Of a DNA stretch of 20,000 nt, positions 1-8,468 are shown in pieces (the first letter of the stretch is position 1; each line of letters begins with the position of its first letter). This stretch comes from an uncultured virus (IMG/VR IMGVR_UViG_3300025018_000005) (lineage: Duplodnaviria > Heunggongvirae > Uroviricota > Caudoviricetes). A model generated the notes under the pieces. That model did not search any database. It was not told the DNA's origin and saw only the letters and a program-made list of their open reading frames with translations. Location: IMG/VR virus record IMGVR_UViG_3300025018_000005; one strand, given 5' to 3'. The position numbers were made by a program, and so were the translations under genes.

Positions 1-5
1 AAAAA

Positions 6-326
6 GTGGCAATGAAACTTGTGTTTGATAACGAGCAAGAAGAGTATCTTCAGTATTTTCCAGAAGACAAGGAGAAGCTCGATGTTATTAAATGGCGTTT
101 TGATTCAATGATCTGGCACGTTATTGGAAGTTTTACTGCGGCAAGCGAAATTTCAAATGGAGATCAAAAGCAGTTTGCTCTATCGGTTAAAGACTCTATT
201 TTTAAGCCGCTACTGTTCTCGATGAAAAACAGAGGAGAAACACCTTGGCAGGCATTTGCTGGATTGACAGAAAAAAACAAGATCGCTATGTTCAAAAAAT
301 TCATAGAATATGTTGACTTTGATTAG
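6..326 (+). CDS. hypothetical phage protein (likely start ATG 12 or GTG 6)
   Basis: 106-aa ORF in the + strand gene run; no recognisable motif. Confidence 0.7.
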   Translation: MAMKLVFDNEQEEYLQYFPEDKEKLDVIKWRFDSMIWHVIGSFTAASEISNGDQKQFALSVKDSIFKPLLFSMKNRGETPWQAFAGLTEKNKIAMFKKFIEYVDFD

Positions 327-341
327 ATAGTCGATTATTCT
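313..341 (+). promoter_or_regulatory. sigma70-like promoter
   Basis: TTGACT-17bp-TATTCT, followed by RBS AGGAGG before ATG 370. Confidence 0.6.
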
Positions 342-369
342 CGATTGAAATTAAACAGCAGGAGGCTTT

Positions 370-612
370 ATGAATATATCTGACAACTTACTTAACAAGC
401 TAACAGATTCAGAATTTGTTGTTTGTGATGGATATGAAGACGAAGCAGATCCGTCAACCTACATGGTTTCAATTTATCGAAAGCGAGATGGGTTTCACAT
501 ATCTGAGGAAGATTATGGTGAATATCTTGGGCAGAAAGTCCGAGATGTGATTGTAGAGCTTTGCGAGGAAGGATTTTGGGAGGTAGAATATGCAGAACTA
601 CAAAATCGATAA
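370..612 (+). CDS. small acidic hypothetical protein
   Basis: 80-aa D/E-rich ORF with strong RBS caggagg. Confidence 0.8.
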   Translation: MNISDNLLNKLTDSEFVVCDGYEDEADPSTYMVSIYRKRDGFHISEEDYGEYLGQKVRDVIVELCEEGFWEVEYAELQNR

Positions 613-1351
613 GGCGTTGTGTGAAGATTTACTCAATCTTAGGATTAATGAATTTTGTTTTGGAAGGAAAGAAAGCGAAGGCGGGCATGATGTTGATATG
701 GTATTCATATTGCCAAACTAAGCAGAGATACTAACGGCACCTGTAGACCATAAGAACTGGCTGCATTATAAGGGTGAGTTCGATGGGGTTAAGGTTGACT
801 ATCTCTTTGTCTTAGAGTGTGTTTTTTATGATTCGATCATCAACGGGTTAAGTCACGTACCTTACGAGTGCTTGCGTAGTGATTTCGGTGTCAATGAAGA
901 ACTTGCTGGAGAGGTAGATGACTATTTATTTACCTATCGCGCCTTAAAAAGCTATCGTGGATTATTGAGAAAGGATATAAAGCAGGCTCGTGCTTATAAA
1001 GCAAATAAATCTACTTATAAATACGAAAAGAAGGTTGGATTTATATCAGATGCAATATTACTGATCAGTAAGTATGTGAAAAATGTTGGCGTATCTGAGA
1101 CAGAGCTTAATATACTAAAAGGCGATGACTTCTTGATAAGTGCTCAAGTTATACACGACAAAATGCAGCTCGAAATGAATAAGATGTTTGATCGTGGTGA
1201 GCTACCAGAGATGTACAGTGGTTGGGAATATGAGTACGGATATTGGGGAAGCGTAGACACATCAAAAAGTCATGTTGATATTGTTGAAAAAATTGTACAT
1301 GTTTTTTCGAAAGGAGTAATAAATGAAAGCAATTATTTGTGTAGGAATTAG
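590..1351 (+). pseudogene. putative nucleotidyltransferase (Pol-beta-like) interrupted by an in-frame TAA at 719-721
   Basis: ATG 590 has RBS GGGAGG. The frame reads MQNYKIDK...FGRKESEGGHDVDMVFILPN*AEILTAP...KVDYLFV... and continues in frame into the 872..1351 ORF. The FGR..DVD and later VD motifs resemble NTase catalytic motifs. Confidence 0.55.
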
Positions 1352-2192
1352 CGGTAGCGGAAAGACTACTTGGGCGGAAGAGTATGTTCGGAATCGTGCC
1401 GACTGGATTGTTGTGTGTCGAGACGATATTCGATTTAATGGTGGGTCCAAGATCTGGAATAACTGGACATTCAACAAAAAGAATGAAGATGAAGTTACTC
1501 GCAAGTACTGGGAGTTAATTGAGTACGCTGCATTACAGGGGATGAATGTTATTCTTGCTGATACCAATTTGAATATCGGTCGTAGGATCGACATGGCTAA
1601 TAAGCTGATTGAGATGGGGTATGAAGTCGAAGAAAAGCACTTCGACGTTGATCTTCGAGACGCCATTTCACGAGACAATCAGCGATTTGGCGGTGTCGGT
1701 AGTGATGTTATTTTACGCCAGTGGTGCCAGTACAAAGGTGATGAATATGGTAAGTATGTCGCTGGTGATGGTGAAAAGGTTTATGTTGTTGACATTGATG
1801 GAACAGTAGCAGAATCACAAGGGCGAGGCTGGTACGACTGGGAGCGTGTCGGTGAAGACTTGCCTAAGACTTGGGTCATGGACATTGTGAAAGGGTTAAA
1901 CGCACAGGGTTACGGCATTGTGTTCCTGAGTGGTCGAGATGGATCTTGCTATGACATTACCAAGCAATGGCTATACGATCATTTCGGTAGCGATTTTGAG
2001 CTGTTTATGCGTGAAGCTGGCGATATGCGCAGAGACAGCATTATCAAGCGGGAATTGTTTGACACACATATCCGAAATGTGTATAACGTACAGGCTGTGA
2101 TTGATGATCGTCAGCAGGTGCTGCACGAGACTTGGGGGCCATTAGGCGTAAACGTTCTTTGTGTTGGATTGCCAGCACTTAATAATTTTTAA
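1323..2192 (+). CDS. pseT: polynucleotide 5'-kinase / 3'-phosphatase (T4 PseT-like)
   Basis: N-terminal P-loop GISGSGKTT, RDDIR, DTNLN; C-terminal HAD motifs DIDGT, LSGR, MR..GD.R.D..IK, IDDR. Confidence 0.95.
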   Translation: MKAIICVGISGSGKTTWAEEYVRNRADWIVVCRDDIRFNGGSKIWNNWTFNKKNEDEVTRKYWELIEYAALQGMNVILADTNLNIGRRIDMANKLIEMGYEVEEKHFDVDLRDAISRDNQRFGGVGSDVILRQWCQYKGDEYGKYVAGDGEKVYVVDIDGTVAESQGRGWYDWERVGEDLPKTWVMDIVKGLNAQGYGIVFLSGRDGSCYDITKQWLYDHFGSDFELFMREAGDMRRDSIIKRELFDTHIRNVYNVQAVIDDRQQVLHETWGPLGVNVLCVGLPALNNF

Positions 2193-2203
2193 CAGGAGGC
2201 TTT

Positions 2204-2791
2204 ATGACAATTCATATTATGTTGGATTTAGAGACAATGGGCGTAGGCATTTCTCCTGCGATTATGGAGATTGCTGCTGTTGTGTTTGATCCAGAAGGCA
2301 ATACTCAAGATATTGAACACCACTTTCATTCAGGAGTGACGCTTGCGTCGTCTGTTATGTCTGGATTAAAGATAACAGACAGCACCATCGATTTTTGGCG
2401 CAAGCAGTCTGATGCCGCAAAGCAGAGTATGTACAGCTCTCAAACAACCGGCAATGAGCTTCTTGGTGTTGCTCTTGAGTGGTTTTTTGAGTGGATTGGT
2501 GAGCTAAAAGCTGAGTTCAAGGACGACGATATTCGCCTATGGGGAAATGGCATCCTTGCAGACAACCTATGGCTCTATTCAGCCTGCGAGGCTGTTGGAA
2601 TAGATTTTAGCAGTAATGTTAGTCACTGGGAGCACTCAGACTTCAGGACGCTAATGGAGACATGTGAGGCGGTTACAGGAGTCAATCCAAAGAAAGAGCT
2701 TGATTTTGTTGGCGTGCAGCACAATCCAGTTGATGACTGCATTCATCAAATTAAGTGTGTACAAGCTGCTTTTGCAGAGTTAAAAAAATAA
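2204..2791 (+). CDS. DEDDh 3'-5' exonuclease (RNase AS / exonuclease VIII-like)
   Basis: HIMLDLETMG, TIDFWRKQS, LWGNG, DFRT and HNPVDDCIHQ motifs. Confidence 0.88.
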   Translation: MTIHIMLDLETMGVGISPAIMEIAAVVFDPEGNTQDIEHHFHSGVTLASSVMSGLKITDSTIDFWRKQSDAAKQSMYSSQTTGNELLGVALEWFFEWIGELKAEFKDDDIRLWGNGILADNLWLYSACEAVGIDFSSNVSHWEHSDFRTLMETCEAVTGVNPKKELDFVGVQHNPVDDCIHQIKCVQAAFAELKK

Positions 2792-2802
2792 ATTAAAAAG
2801 TG

Positions 2803-2831
2803 TTGACAGTTGTTTGGTGTAGGCTTAATAT
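2803..2831 (+). promoter_or_regulatory. sigma70-like early promoter
   Basis: A-rich upstream element, TTGACA-17bp-TAATAT. Confidence 0.7.
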
Positions 2832-2862
2832 ACTTACATCAAACAACGGCAGGAGAAACAAA

Positions 2863-3183
2863 ATGATTGATAAAGTTAAAACACTAAAAGATTTAATCTC
2901 ATCAAGCAACTCACGAGTTATGTCTGTAAAATTTATCAAAGCTGATGGCACTGAGCGTGTCATGGCTTTCAACCCAAAAACAGCGAAGGGCATTAAAGGC
3001 GAAGCTGCATCTGATTCAGCAAAACAAGCGGTAGCTACTCGCAAGAAAAATAATCCAAACTTAATTTCTGTTTGTGATCAGTCTCTGCTTGCAAAAGGCG
3101 ATCCAGCAGAAAGATGCTGGCGGTCAATCAATTGTGAAACAGCAATTGAAGCGCATATTGGGGGTCGAGTGATTCCGCTGTGA
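2863..3183 (+). CDS. WYL-like / SH3 beta-barrel protein (DUF2693/WYL_2-like)
   Basis: RBS AGGAG before ATG 2863; SVKFIKADGTERVM...WRS signature. Confidence 0.7.
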   Translation: MIDKVKTLKDLISSSNSRVMSVKFIKADGTERVMAFNPKTAKGIKGEAASDSAKQAVATRKKNNPNLISVCDQSLLAKGDPAERCWRSINCETAIEAHIGGRVIPL

Positions 3184-3440
3184 AGATGAGTGCTACAGAG
3201 TTTGCAAGCAAGTGCGAAGATCTTGCTAGAGTATTGCAGACGCAAAAAGCTGTAAGAAGTGTGCATAGTCCAATATACAAGTCTGGCATTACACTATACG
3301 CATACACGCAAGGCTATTTTGGAATGGAAGAGACGTTTTACGTGCTAAATACGGATAATGGCGTTATCTATACTCGTCACCTAGATTTAGATGTTAAACT
3401 AAAAAGCTCAAACGAGTTTTTGGAGGTTGTGAATGCTTAA
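3180..3440 (+). CDS. hypothetical protein
   Basis: GTGA overlap with the upstream stop; 86 aa. Confidence 0.7.
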   Translation: MKMSATEFASKCEDLARVLQTQKAVRSVHSPIYKSGITLYAYTQGYFGMEETFYVLNTDNGVIYTRHLDLDVKLKSSNEFLEVVNA

Positions 3441-3645
3441 AGTATTATGGTATCTATGGGTAGCGATAAGAGAGCTTGTTATTCTTGTTTTATTCTTATT
3501 GTTACTACCTATGTTTCTCGTTATTGGAAAGCTAAACAAAGAATTTTCATATAATATGAAGGCCTATGTTGACAACAAGATAAAACTATTAGAGAATGTT
3601 ATTGAATCAGTTGAGAAGGAGATTAAAGATGTCGAAGAAAAATAA
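3433..3645 (+). CDS. small membrane protein with C-terminal coiled coil
   Basis: RBS GGAGG; hydrophobic stretch LVILVLFLLLLPMFLVIG. Confidence 0.7.
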   Translation: MLKVLWYLWVAIRELVILVLFLLLLPMFLVIGKLNKEFSYNMKAYVDNKIKLLENVIESVEKEIKDVEEK

Positions 3646-3817
3646 AGCGAAAGAATTGAGTGTCGTAGCAAAAGAAACACTTGCAAACGATAACCTGCCT
3701 GAGTTTACGATTGGTAGAGATACCTATAAAGGCCGTGACCCAATGCATCAGGTTGTTGGTGGTCAGATTATTAAGGTTCAGGCTGGAATTCCGTATGTAA
3801 AGGTGATCCATGATTGA
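3629..3817 (+). CDS. hypothetical protein (MSKKNKAK...)
   Basis: RBS AAGGAG before ATG 3629; overlaps both neighbours. Confidence 0.65.
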   Translation: MSKKNKAKELSVVAKETLANDNLPEFTIGRDTYKGRDPMHQVVGGQIIKVQAGIPYVKVIHD

Positions 3818-4160
3818 TTACGGTGATATGGTTGCAAAACTTGCGAAGTCTGGTGAAGAAATATTAGCTACACTTACACCAGAAAAAGCTCATGCAATCC
3901 ACATGAGTTTAGGTGTTGCTGGTGAAGCAGGTGAGCTGGTTGACGTAATCAAGAAGTATGTTGCTTATAATCGAGAGCTTGACAAGGATTCTGTTATCAA
4001 AGAAATGGGTGATCTTGAGTTTTATCTTGAAGGATTGCGACAAGGACTTGACATTACTCGTGAACAGGTGCTTAATGCAAACATTGAAAAGCTTAGTAAG
4101 CGGTATAATGGTTTCGAGTACTCTGATCAAGCCGCAAATGATCGAGTTGATGTAAAATAG
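3810..4160 (+). CDS. MazG-like nucleotide pyrophosphohydrolase
   Basis: LGVAGEAGELVDVIKK...KEMGD..FYL...NIEKLSKRY..F..QAANDR all-alpha NTP-PPase pattern. Confidence 0.88.
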   Translation: MIDYGDMVAKLAKSGEEILATLTPEKAHAIHMSLGVAGEAGELVDVIKKYVAYNRELDKDSVIKEMGDLEFYLEGLRQGLDITREQVLNANIEKLSKRYNGFEYSDQAANDRVDVK

Positions 4161-4201
4161 CAAAACGACTAGCCGGACGTAAGCGGCTGCTTACACGCAT
4201 A

Positions 4202-4313
4202 GGGATTGGACGCTATGAGCTACGGCTTTAATCACGCCAATCAAATTTCAAGAGGGATGATGCCTCCTTGAGGCACATATCTGGTTAACGGGTTCGAATC
4301 CCAGCCAGTCCCA
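4202..4313 (+). ncRNA. tRNA-like structured element (non-canonical)
   Basis: GGGATTGG (4202-4209) pairs with CCAGTCCC (4305-4312); GGG-TTCGAAT-CCC T-arm; internal hairpin TGCCTC-CTT-GAGGCA; no canonical anticodon arm. Confidence 0.45.
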
Positions 4314-4332
4314 AGCCGTGTGCGTTAAATAA

Positions 4333-4403
4333 TCCAAGTTAGCTTTAATTTGAAAAACATAGACACTTTGGATATGCAGGTTCGAATCCTGCACGGGGTG
4401 CCA
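4333..4403 (+). pseudogene. degenerate tRNA / tRNA-like element
   Basis: perfect T-arm GCAGG-TTCGAAT-CCTGC, then 8 nt and CCA (4401-4403); D-arm-like TAGCTTTAATTTGAAAAAC; acceptor and anticodon stems do not pair. Confidence 0.5.
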
Positions 4404-4428
4404 AATTTGAAATTAATTAGGAGGGTCT

Positions 4429-4800
4429 ATGAATATCGATACTCAGCGGAGAATATTAAAGGCTTGCAAGATTTGCGGGCTAAAGGCAAGCCCAGCAAGA
4501 TCACTAATGACAGGTAATCGTTATGTATCGCTAACCAATAATGATAATGCTTTTGACACAATTAGCTTTCACCCGAACAACGATTTAGGCCATGCAATGG
4601 AGCTTCTTACTGCAATTGGCGGTACGATAGAGATCAATAACTCTGAGTCTAAGTGCTATGTAAGACTTGAAAATTGCTTTAATGAGTGGGTAATTGGATC
4701 ATGGGCGTCAGAGCCAAAAAACAAAACCAAAAACATATGCAATGCGATACTTGATTGCATATTAACAAAATCACAAACAATAACAGGAGAGGCAATATGA
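4429..4800 (+). CDS. phage protein, ABA-sandwich/NinX-like
   Basis: RBS GGAGG; FHPNNDLGHAMELL...ICNAIL pattern. Confidence 0.55.
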   Translation: MNIDTQRRILKACKICGLKASPARSLMTGNRYVSLTNNDNAFDTISFHPNNDLGHAMELLTAIGGTIEINNSESKCYVRLENCFNEWVIGSWASEPKNKTKNICNAILDCILTKSQTITGEAI

Positions 4801-5204
4801 ATTTTTACGAAGAAAGAGTGCAAGCATTGACATCATTGCAAAATAAGAAAAATGTGGTTGACTTCGATGTTGCAGCAAAAAAGACTGAGCTTGACTCGCT
4901 AAAAGAGTCTCAAGACAAGCTGCAAGAGCAAATCGACCTTGTGTTGGCCGAGATCACAAGCCACATGAAGAGTGATGGCGTCAAGCATGTTGACAAGGAT
5001 ATTTTTGAGATCAAGATTCCGAAAGGCCGCGAGGTGATTGTCATTGAAAACGAAGATGAGTTGCCAGATGAGTTCTTTGAGACAAAGAAGGTCGCGTCAA
5101 AGAAGCTTATTAAGGTAAAGCTCGATGCTGGTGAGACAGTGAAAGGCGCTAAGAAAGTTGTCAATGATGCAGTAGCCAAGGTAACTTTCAAGGAGCCTGA
5201 TTAG
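4797..5204 (+). CDS. Siphovirus Gp157-like protein
   Basis: ATGA overlap, RBS AGGAG; N-terminal coiled coil, then VIENEDELPDEF...KKLIK..L.AGETVKGA. Confidence 0.75.
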   Translation: MNFYEERVQALTSLQNKKNVVDFDVAAKKTELDSLKESQDKLQEQIDLVLAEITSHMKSDGVKHVDKDIFEIKIPKGREVIVIENEDELPDEFFETKKVASKKLIKVKLDAGETVKGAKKVVNDAVAKVTFKEPD

Positions 5205-5205
5205 C

Positions 5206-5496
5206 ATGGATGTAAGAATAGTATGCGCCGCAAATCGAGTTGTTTTTGACGATGGCTATGAAGCTGTTTTAATAGGAGCTAGACACTGGGACAGGCGCAT
5301 GAGCGAGCAAGCAAATGAATATATAAAAGCTCACGGCAAGTGTAAGCATAATGATCGCCGAAGCGATCAAGGATTCATTGATCAGTTTGGAAACTATCAC
5401 ACGAGAGAGGAAGCTTGGATTATTGCGGAGAAAAACGGGCAGATAATTAGAAATGTATCTAAAGCAGGAGTTCTTTATTCGGAGAACCTTTACTAG
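5206..5496 (+). CDS. conserved hypothetical phage protein
   Basis: IVCAA...GARH...QGFIDQFG.Y..REEA..IA...GQI...LYSENLY pattern typical of a widespread phage family. Confidence 0.8.
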   Translation: MDVRIVCAANRVVFDDGYEAVLIGARHWDRRMSEQANEYIKAHGKCKHNDRRSDQGFIDQFGNYHTREEAWIIAEKNGQIIRNVSKAGVLYSENLY

Positions 5497-5518
5497 GATT
5501 ATCGCTTGTTATCTTGTA

Positions 5519-5527
5519 TGCTATAAT
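5519..5527 (+). promoter_or_regulatory. extended -10 promoter
   Basis: TGcTATAAT about 30 bp upstream of ATG 5557. Confidence 0.5.
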
Positions 5528-5556
5528 AGCATAAACAAATTATAAGTGAGGCTGTC

Positions 5557-5970
5557 ATGGCTGGTGCTCCAAAGAAAATGATAAGCGACCTTCCTGAAGG
5601 CTGGAAGGAGGCGATGATTGCTTGCGGCATGAAAGGCAAGACTCAACGCTACCTTCAGAAGCGGGTTTTGCACATCGATCAAAAAACATTTGACCGGATG
5701 CGCAAGGATGAGCCTGAATTTGAACAAGCCGTTCAAGAGTTTAGGGCTGAAGCTGCTATTTACTGGGAAGAGTTAGCAGAGGCTTACGCTCGTGGCGATG
5801 AGGGTGTCATCAATCAATTCAGCAACTTTAATGCCTTGAAGTATAACATCAAGAACCGACCTTATGTTGGATGGCATGATAAAGAAGTTGTTGAAAGTGA
5901 GACAACCATCAAAGCAGACGATTCCGCAACCAAGCTGTTTGCTCAGATCCTAGAACAAACTAAGAACTAA
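5557..5970 (+). CDS. probable terminase small subunit (HTH DNA-packaging protein)
   Basis: N-terminal GAPKK, HTH-like segment, then PEFEQAV...AAIYWEE...LKYNIKNR...W.DK, as seen in P22-gp3-like TerS. Confidence 0.6.
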   Translation: MAGAPKKMISDLPEGWKEAMIACGMKGKTQRYLQKRVLHIDQKTFDRMRKDEPEFEQAVQEFRAEAAIYWEELAEAYARGDEGVINQFSNFNALKYNIKNRPYVGWHDKEVVESETTIKADDSATKLFAQILEQTKN

Positions 5971-5988
5971 AATAAAAACAATAAATTG

Positions 5989-6013
5989 AAAGGCACTTTT
6001 ATGTGCCTTTTTT
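5989..6013 (+). terminator. intrinsic terminator
   Basis: AAAGGCAC-ttttat-GTGCCTTT followed by a T-run. Confidence 0.8.
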
Positions 6014-6014
6014 G

Positions 6015-6043
6015 TTGCATTGAGTTTTGTTTGCAGGTATAGT
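6015..6043 (+). promoter_or_regulatory. sigma70-like promoter
   Basis: TTGCAT-17bp-TATAGT, RBS GGAGGT downstream. Confidence 0.55.
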
Positions 6044-6073
6044 GTTGTTATTAATTAATTGGAGGTGAATGAA

Positions 6074-6550
6074 ATGATAGGAACAGACGAGTACTACACA
6101 AGCGAAGCTAAGCCAGTAGTTGATAAGCTAAGCGTATTTGATGCGTGTGCGAATAATGAGCCTGATGTTAACGACACTGATGTCGTCGAGACTGAAAGCC
6201 AGTGGCTGCCGGAGGTTGGTGAAGAATACGAACTAAAACCCTATTGGCATAGAGTAACCATTACCACGTATGACACAAATGGCGGCGACTGCCATATTGT
6301 GTTTTGGAATCATCACGAACAAAGCTATGACTATAGGGTTAACCCTGAACAATTCCGCCCAATCAAAAAAGCCGATCAGATTGAACAAAAAAAGCGTGAT
6401 GCAATAAAAGACGAAATCAGAGGCATGCTGTCATATCCAACGTCGAACGATGAAAAGGTTGTTGATCTGGTTTATGAGTGGCATATTTCAATGGTAACCA
6501 AATCTGGCGTAGACATTAGTCCAGTGATGAAGGAGAAAGGCGATGAGTGA
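6074..6550 (+). CDS. hypothetical phage protein
   Basis: RBS GGAGGT; WLPEVGEE...QFRPIK motifs common in gammaproteobacterial phage proteins. Confidence 0.75.
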   Translation: MIGTDEYYTSEAKPVVDKLSVFDACANNEPDVNDTDVVETESQWLPEVGEEYELKPYWHRVTITTYDTNGGDCHIVFWNHHEQSYDYRVNPEQFRPIKKADQIEQKKRDAIKDEIRGMLSYPTSNDEKVVDLVYEWHISMVTKSGVDISPVMKEKGDE

Positions 6551-6905
6551 ATTTGTATGCAAAGTGAGGGTCAGCTCGAATACTTGGTTTAGCAAAGATA
6601 CGTTGCACGCTGAAAAGACATTTCGGGTACTGCGTAAAACATCAAAAGTTGGTGATGTTATTGGCGATGAGTGCGCTAACTGTGGCGCTGAAGACGCTTT
6701 AAGAGCGCTGACTAAAAACATTGATATGAAAGATGGAATTTACAATCTTAATGCGACTTATTACCGAGACTACGAAAGTGGAATGATAGATGATATTGAA
6801 TATGAATTGACCGAGGAAGCCGCTTCCGCTATCGTCAAAAAGTACGGCATGGGGTCAATGTATGAGCGGCTAATGAGGCTAAACGCCGAGGCGGTGGAAG
6901 AATGA
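6543..6905 (+). CDS. hypothetical protein
   Basis: RBS AAGGAG, overlapping the upstream stop; 120 aa. Confidence 0.75.
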   Translation: MSEFVCKVRVSSNTWFSKDTLHAEKTFRVLRKTSKVGDVIGDECANCGAEDALRALTKNIDMKDGIYNLNATYYRDYESGMIDDIEYELTEEAASAIVKKYGMGSMYERLMRLNAEAVEE

Positions 6906-7072
6906 CCACATGGGGCCGAATTGTCGAACCGGTGACTGAAATCGACGTGGCAAAAAACCGAGACGGCGAAACAAAAACGCATTATCTCAAACATGACATG
7001 GCTATATGTCAATACGAAGAAATGACAAACTACACGCCACCAGCGGCAGAAACCAAAAAGGGTAAGTTCTAA
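6902..7072 (+). CDS. hypothetical protein (56 aa, MTTWGRIVEP...KKGKF)
   Basis: translated by hand; ATGA overlap with the upstream gene. Confidence 0.55.
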   Translation: MTTWGRIVEPVTEIDVAKNRDGETKTHYLKHDMAICQYEEMTNYTPPAAETKKGKF

Positions 7073-7168
7073 TGATTGAAACAATATCGCTAGCCAGATT
7101 GCTAGTTGTTGCAGAATATCAAAGGTCTTGCAGTATAGTTACCAGTAAAGAATCTATAGGGTTGCATT

Positions 7169-8044
7169 ATGAAAACTAATTTGAGCGTAAGTTTCAGCGG
7201 CGGCCGAACAAGCGCATACATGGCTAAATGGCTGATCGATAATAAATCAGATGAATATGAACTAAATTTTATCTTTGCCAACACCGGCTTGGAAGACGAA
7301 AGGACGCTTAGGTTTGTCAACGATTGCGATAAAAGATGGGGGTTGAATTTAGTTTGGGTTGAAGCTGTCGTGCATCACAATGAAAGGAAAGGATCAACTC
7401 ACAAGGTCGTTACATTTGAAACAGCAAGTAGAAATGGTGAGCCATTCGAGCAAGTAGTTAAAAAATACGGCATACCTAACAAGGACTACCCGCACTGCAA
7501 CAGGGAATTGAAGTTGAACTCAATGAATTCATATATAAAGGAGAAGTTTAACGAAAAACCGCCATTTGCTATCGGCATAAGGGTTGACGAGATAGACCGT
7601 ATAAACCCAGACTACAACGATAAAAAGTTACTTTATCCGCTAGTATTCTGGCATCCAACGACAAAAGAACAAATTAGGTACTGGTGGGCTGGTCAGGACT
7701 TTGACTTAGAAGTTCCTGAGCACTACGGCAATTGCGTTACGTGCTGGAAAAAATCAGATCGCAAGCTTATGACCATTGCAAAGCATGAGCCAGAAAGATT
7801 TGATTTTATGGCAAGAATGGAACGAGATTATAGCTTTAGCGGCGCAAAAATGTATGACGATGCTGGAAATGAATTGACTAGAAGGTGGTTTAGAAAGTAC
7901 AGAACAACGAGTGACATAATTGCGTCAAGTCGAGAACCATTTAACGAATTTGTCGATTACATGCCAGAGCTTCAATATTCAATGTTTGATGAACTTGATC
8001 AATCTGGTGGGTGTTCTGAAAGCTGCGATATTTATAGCGATTAA
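7169..8044 (+). CDS. PAPS reductase family (PP-loop adenine nucleotide alpha-hydrolase) protein
   Basis: VSFSGGRTS, FANTGLE..TLRFV, CNRELK, GIRVDE, YPL, GNCVTCWKKS, C-terminal GCSESC. Confidence 0.85.
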   Translation: MKTNLSVSFSGGRTSAYMAKWLIDNKSDEYELNFIFANTGLEDERTLRFVNDCDKRWGLNLVWVEAVVHHNERKGSTHKVVTFETASRNGEPFEQVVKKYGIPNKDYPHCNRELKLNSMNSYIKEKFNEKPPFAIGIRVDEIDRINPDYNDKKLLYPLVFWHPTTKEQIRYWWAGQDFDLEVPEHYGNCVTCWKKSDRKLMTIAKHEPERFDFMARMERDYSFSGAKMYDDAGNELTRRWFRKYRTTSDIIASSREPFNEFVDYMPELQYSMFDELDQSGGCSESCDIYSD

Positions 8045-8051
8045 ATAGAAA

Positions 8052-8219
8052 ATGAAAACTAACCGAGGCTTCTGCAAGCCAAAAATGAACAGTGGCAAAT
8101 TGCGAAGTTTTAGACGACTTGAGCATAAATGCACGCTGGCAGAGCTAAGCTATTACTTTGAAATAAGCACAGCGCAGGCTTGCAGGATTCGATCTAAGCA
8201 GAATTGGCGCGAGCGGTAA
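8052..8219 (+). CDS. small basic HTH-like protein (55 aa)
   Basis: hand translation MKTNRGFCK...TLAELSYYFEISTAQACRIRSKQNWRER; HTH-like C-terminus; weak RBS. Confidence 0.45.
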   Translation: MKTNRGFCKPKMNSGKLRSFRRLEHKCTLAELSYYFEISTAQACRIRSKQNWRER

Positions 8220-8405
8220 ACGATGTCGAGACGTTCTGTGACCGAGCAGACGAGCCAGAATGGACAGAACAGGCACGAGAGGCACTGGGTATGGTTGAAA
8301 ACTTAATGGGTAAGTAATGATAGCCCTGTTAATATCTATAACATTCCTATTGATAGCCGCAGCAGTTCACGCCATTATGGGTGACGATTAATTCAAACAA
8401 AAGTG

Positions 8406-8434
8406 TTGACACGCCACTGATTAGGCATTAGTAT
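8406..8434 (+). promoter_or_regulatory. sigma70-like early promoter
   Basis: AAAAGTG-TTGACA-17bp-TAGTAT, similar in context to the 2803 promoter. Confidence 0.7.
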
Positions 8435-8468
8435 TATCACATTAGAAACGATCTTGTAAGGAGTCGAT

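Noticed and set aside
4222..4352. Ochre suppressor tRNA (CTTTAAT loops) explaining the TAA at 719
   Set aside because: Neither CTTTAAT is closed by a proper 5-bp anticodon stem, and the second looks like a D-arm remnant
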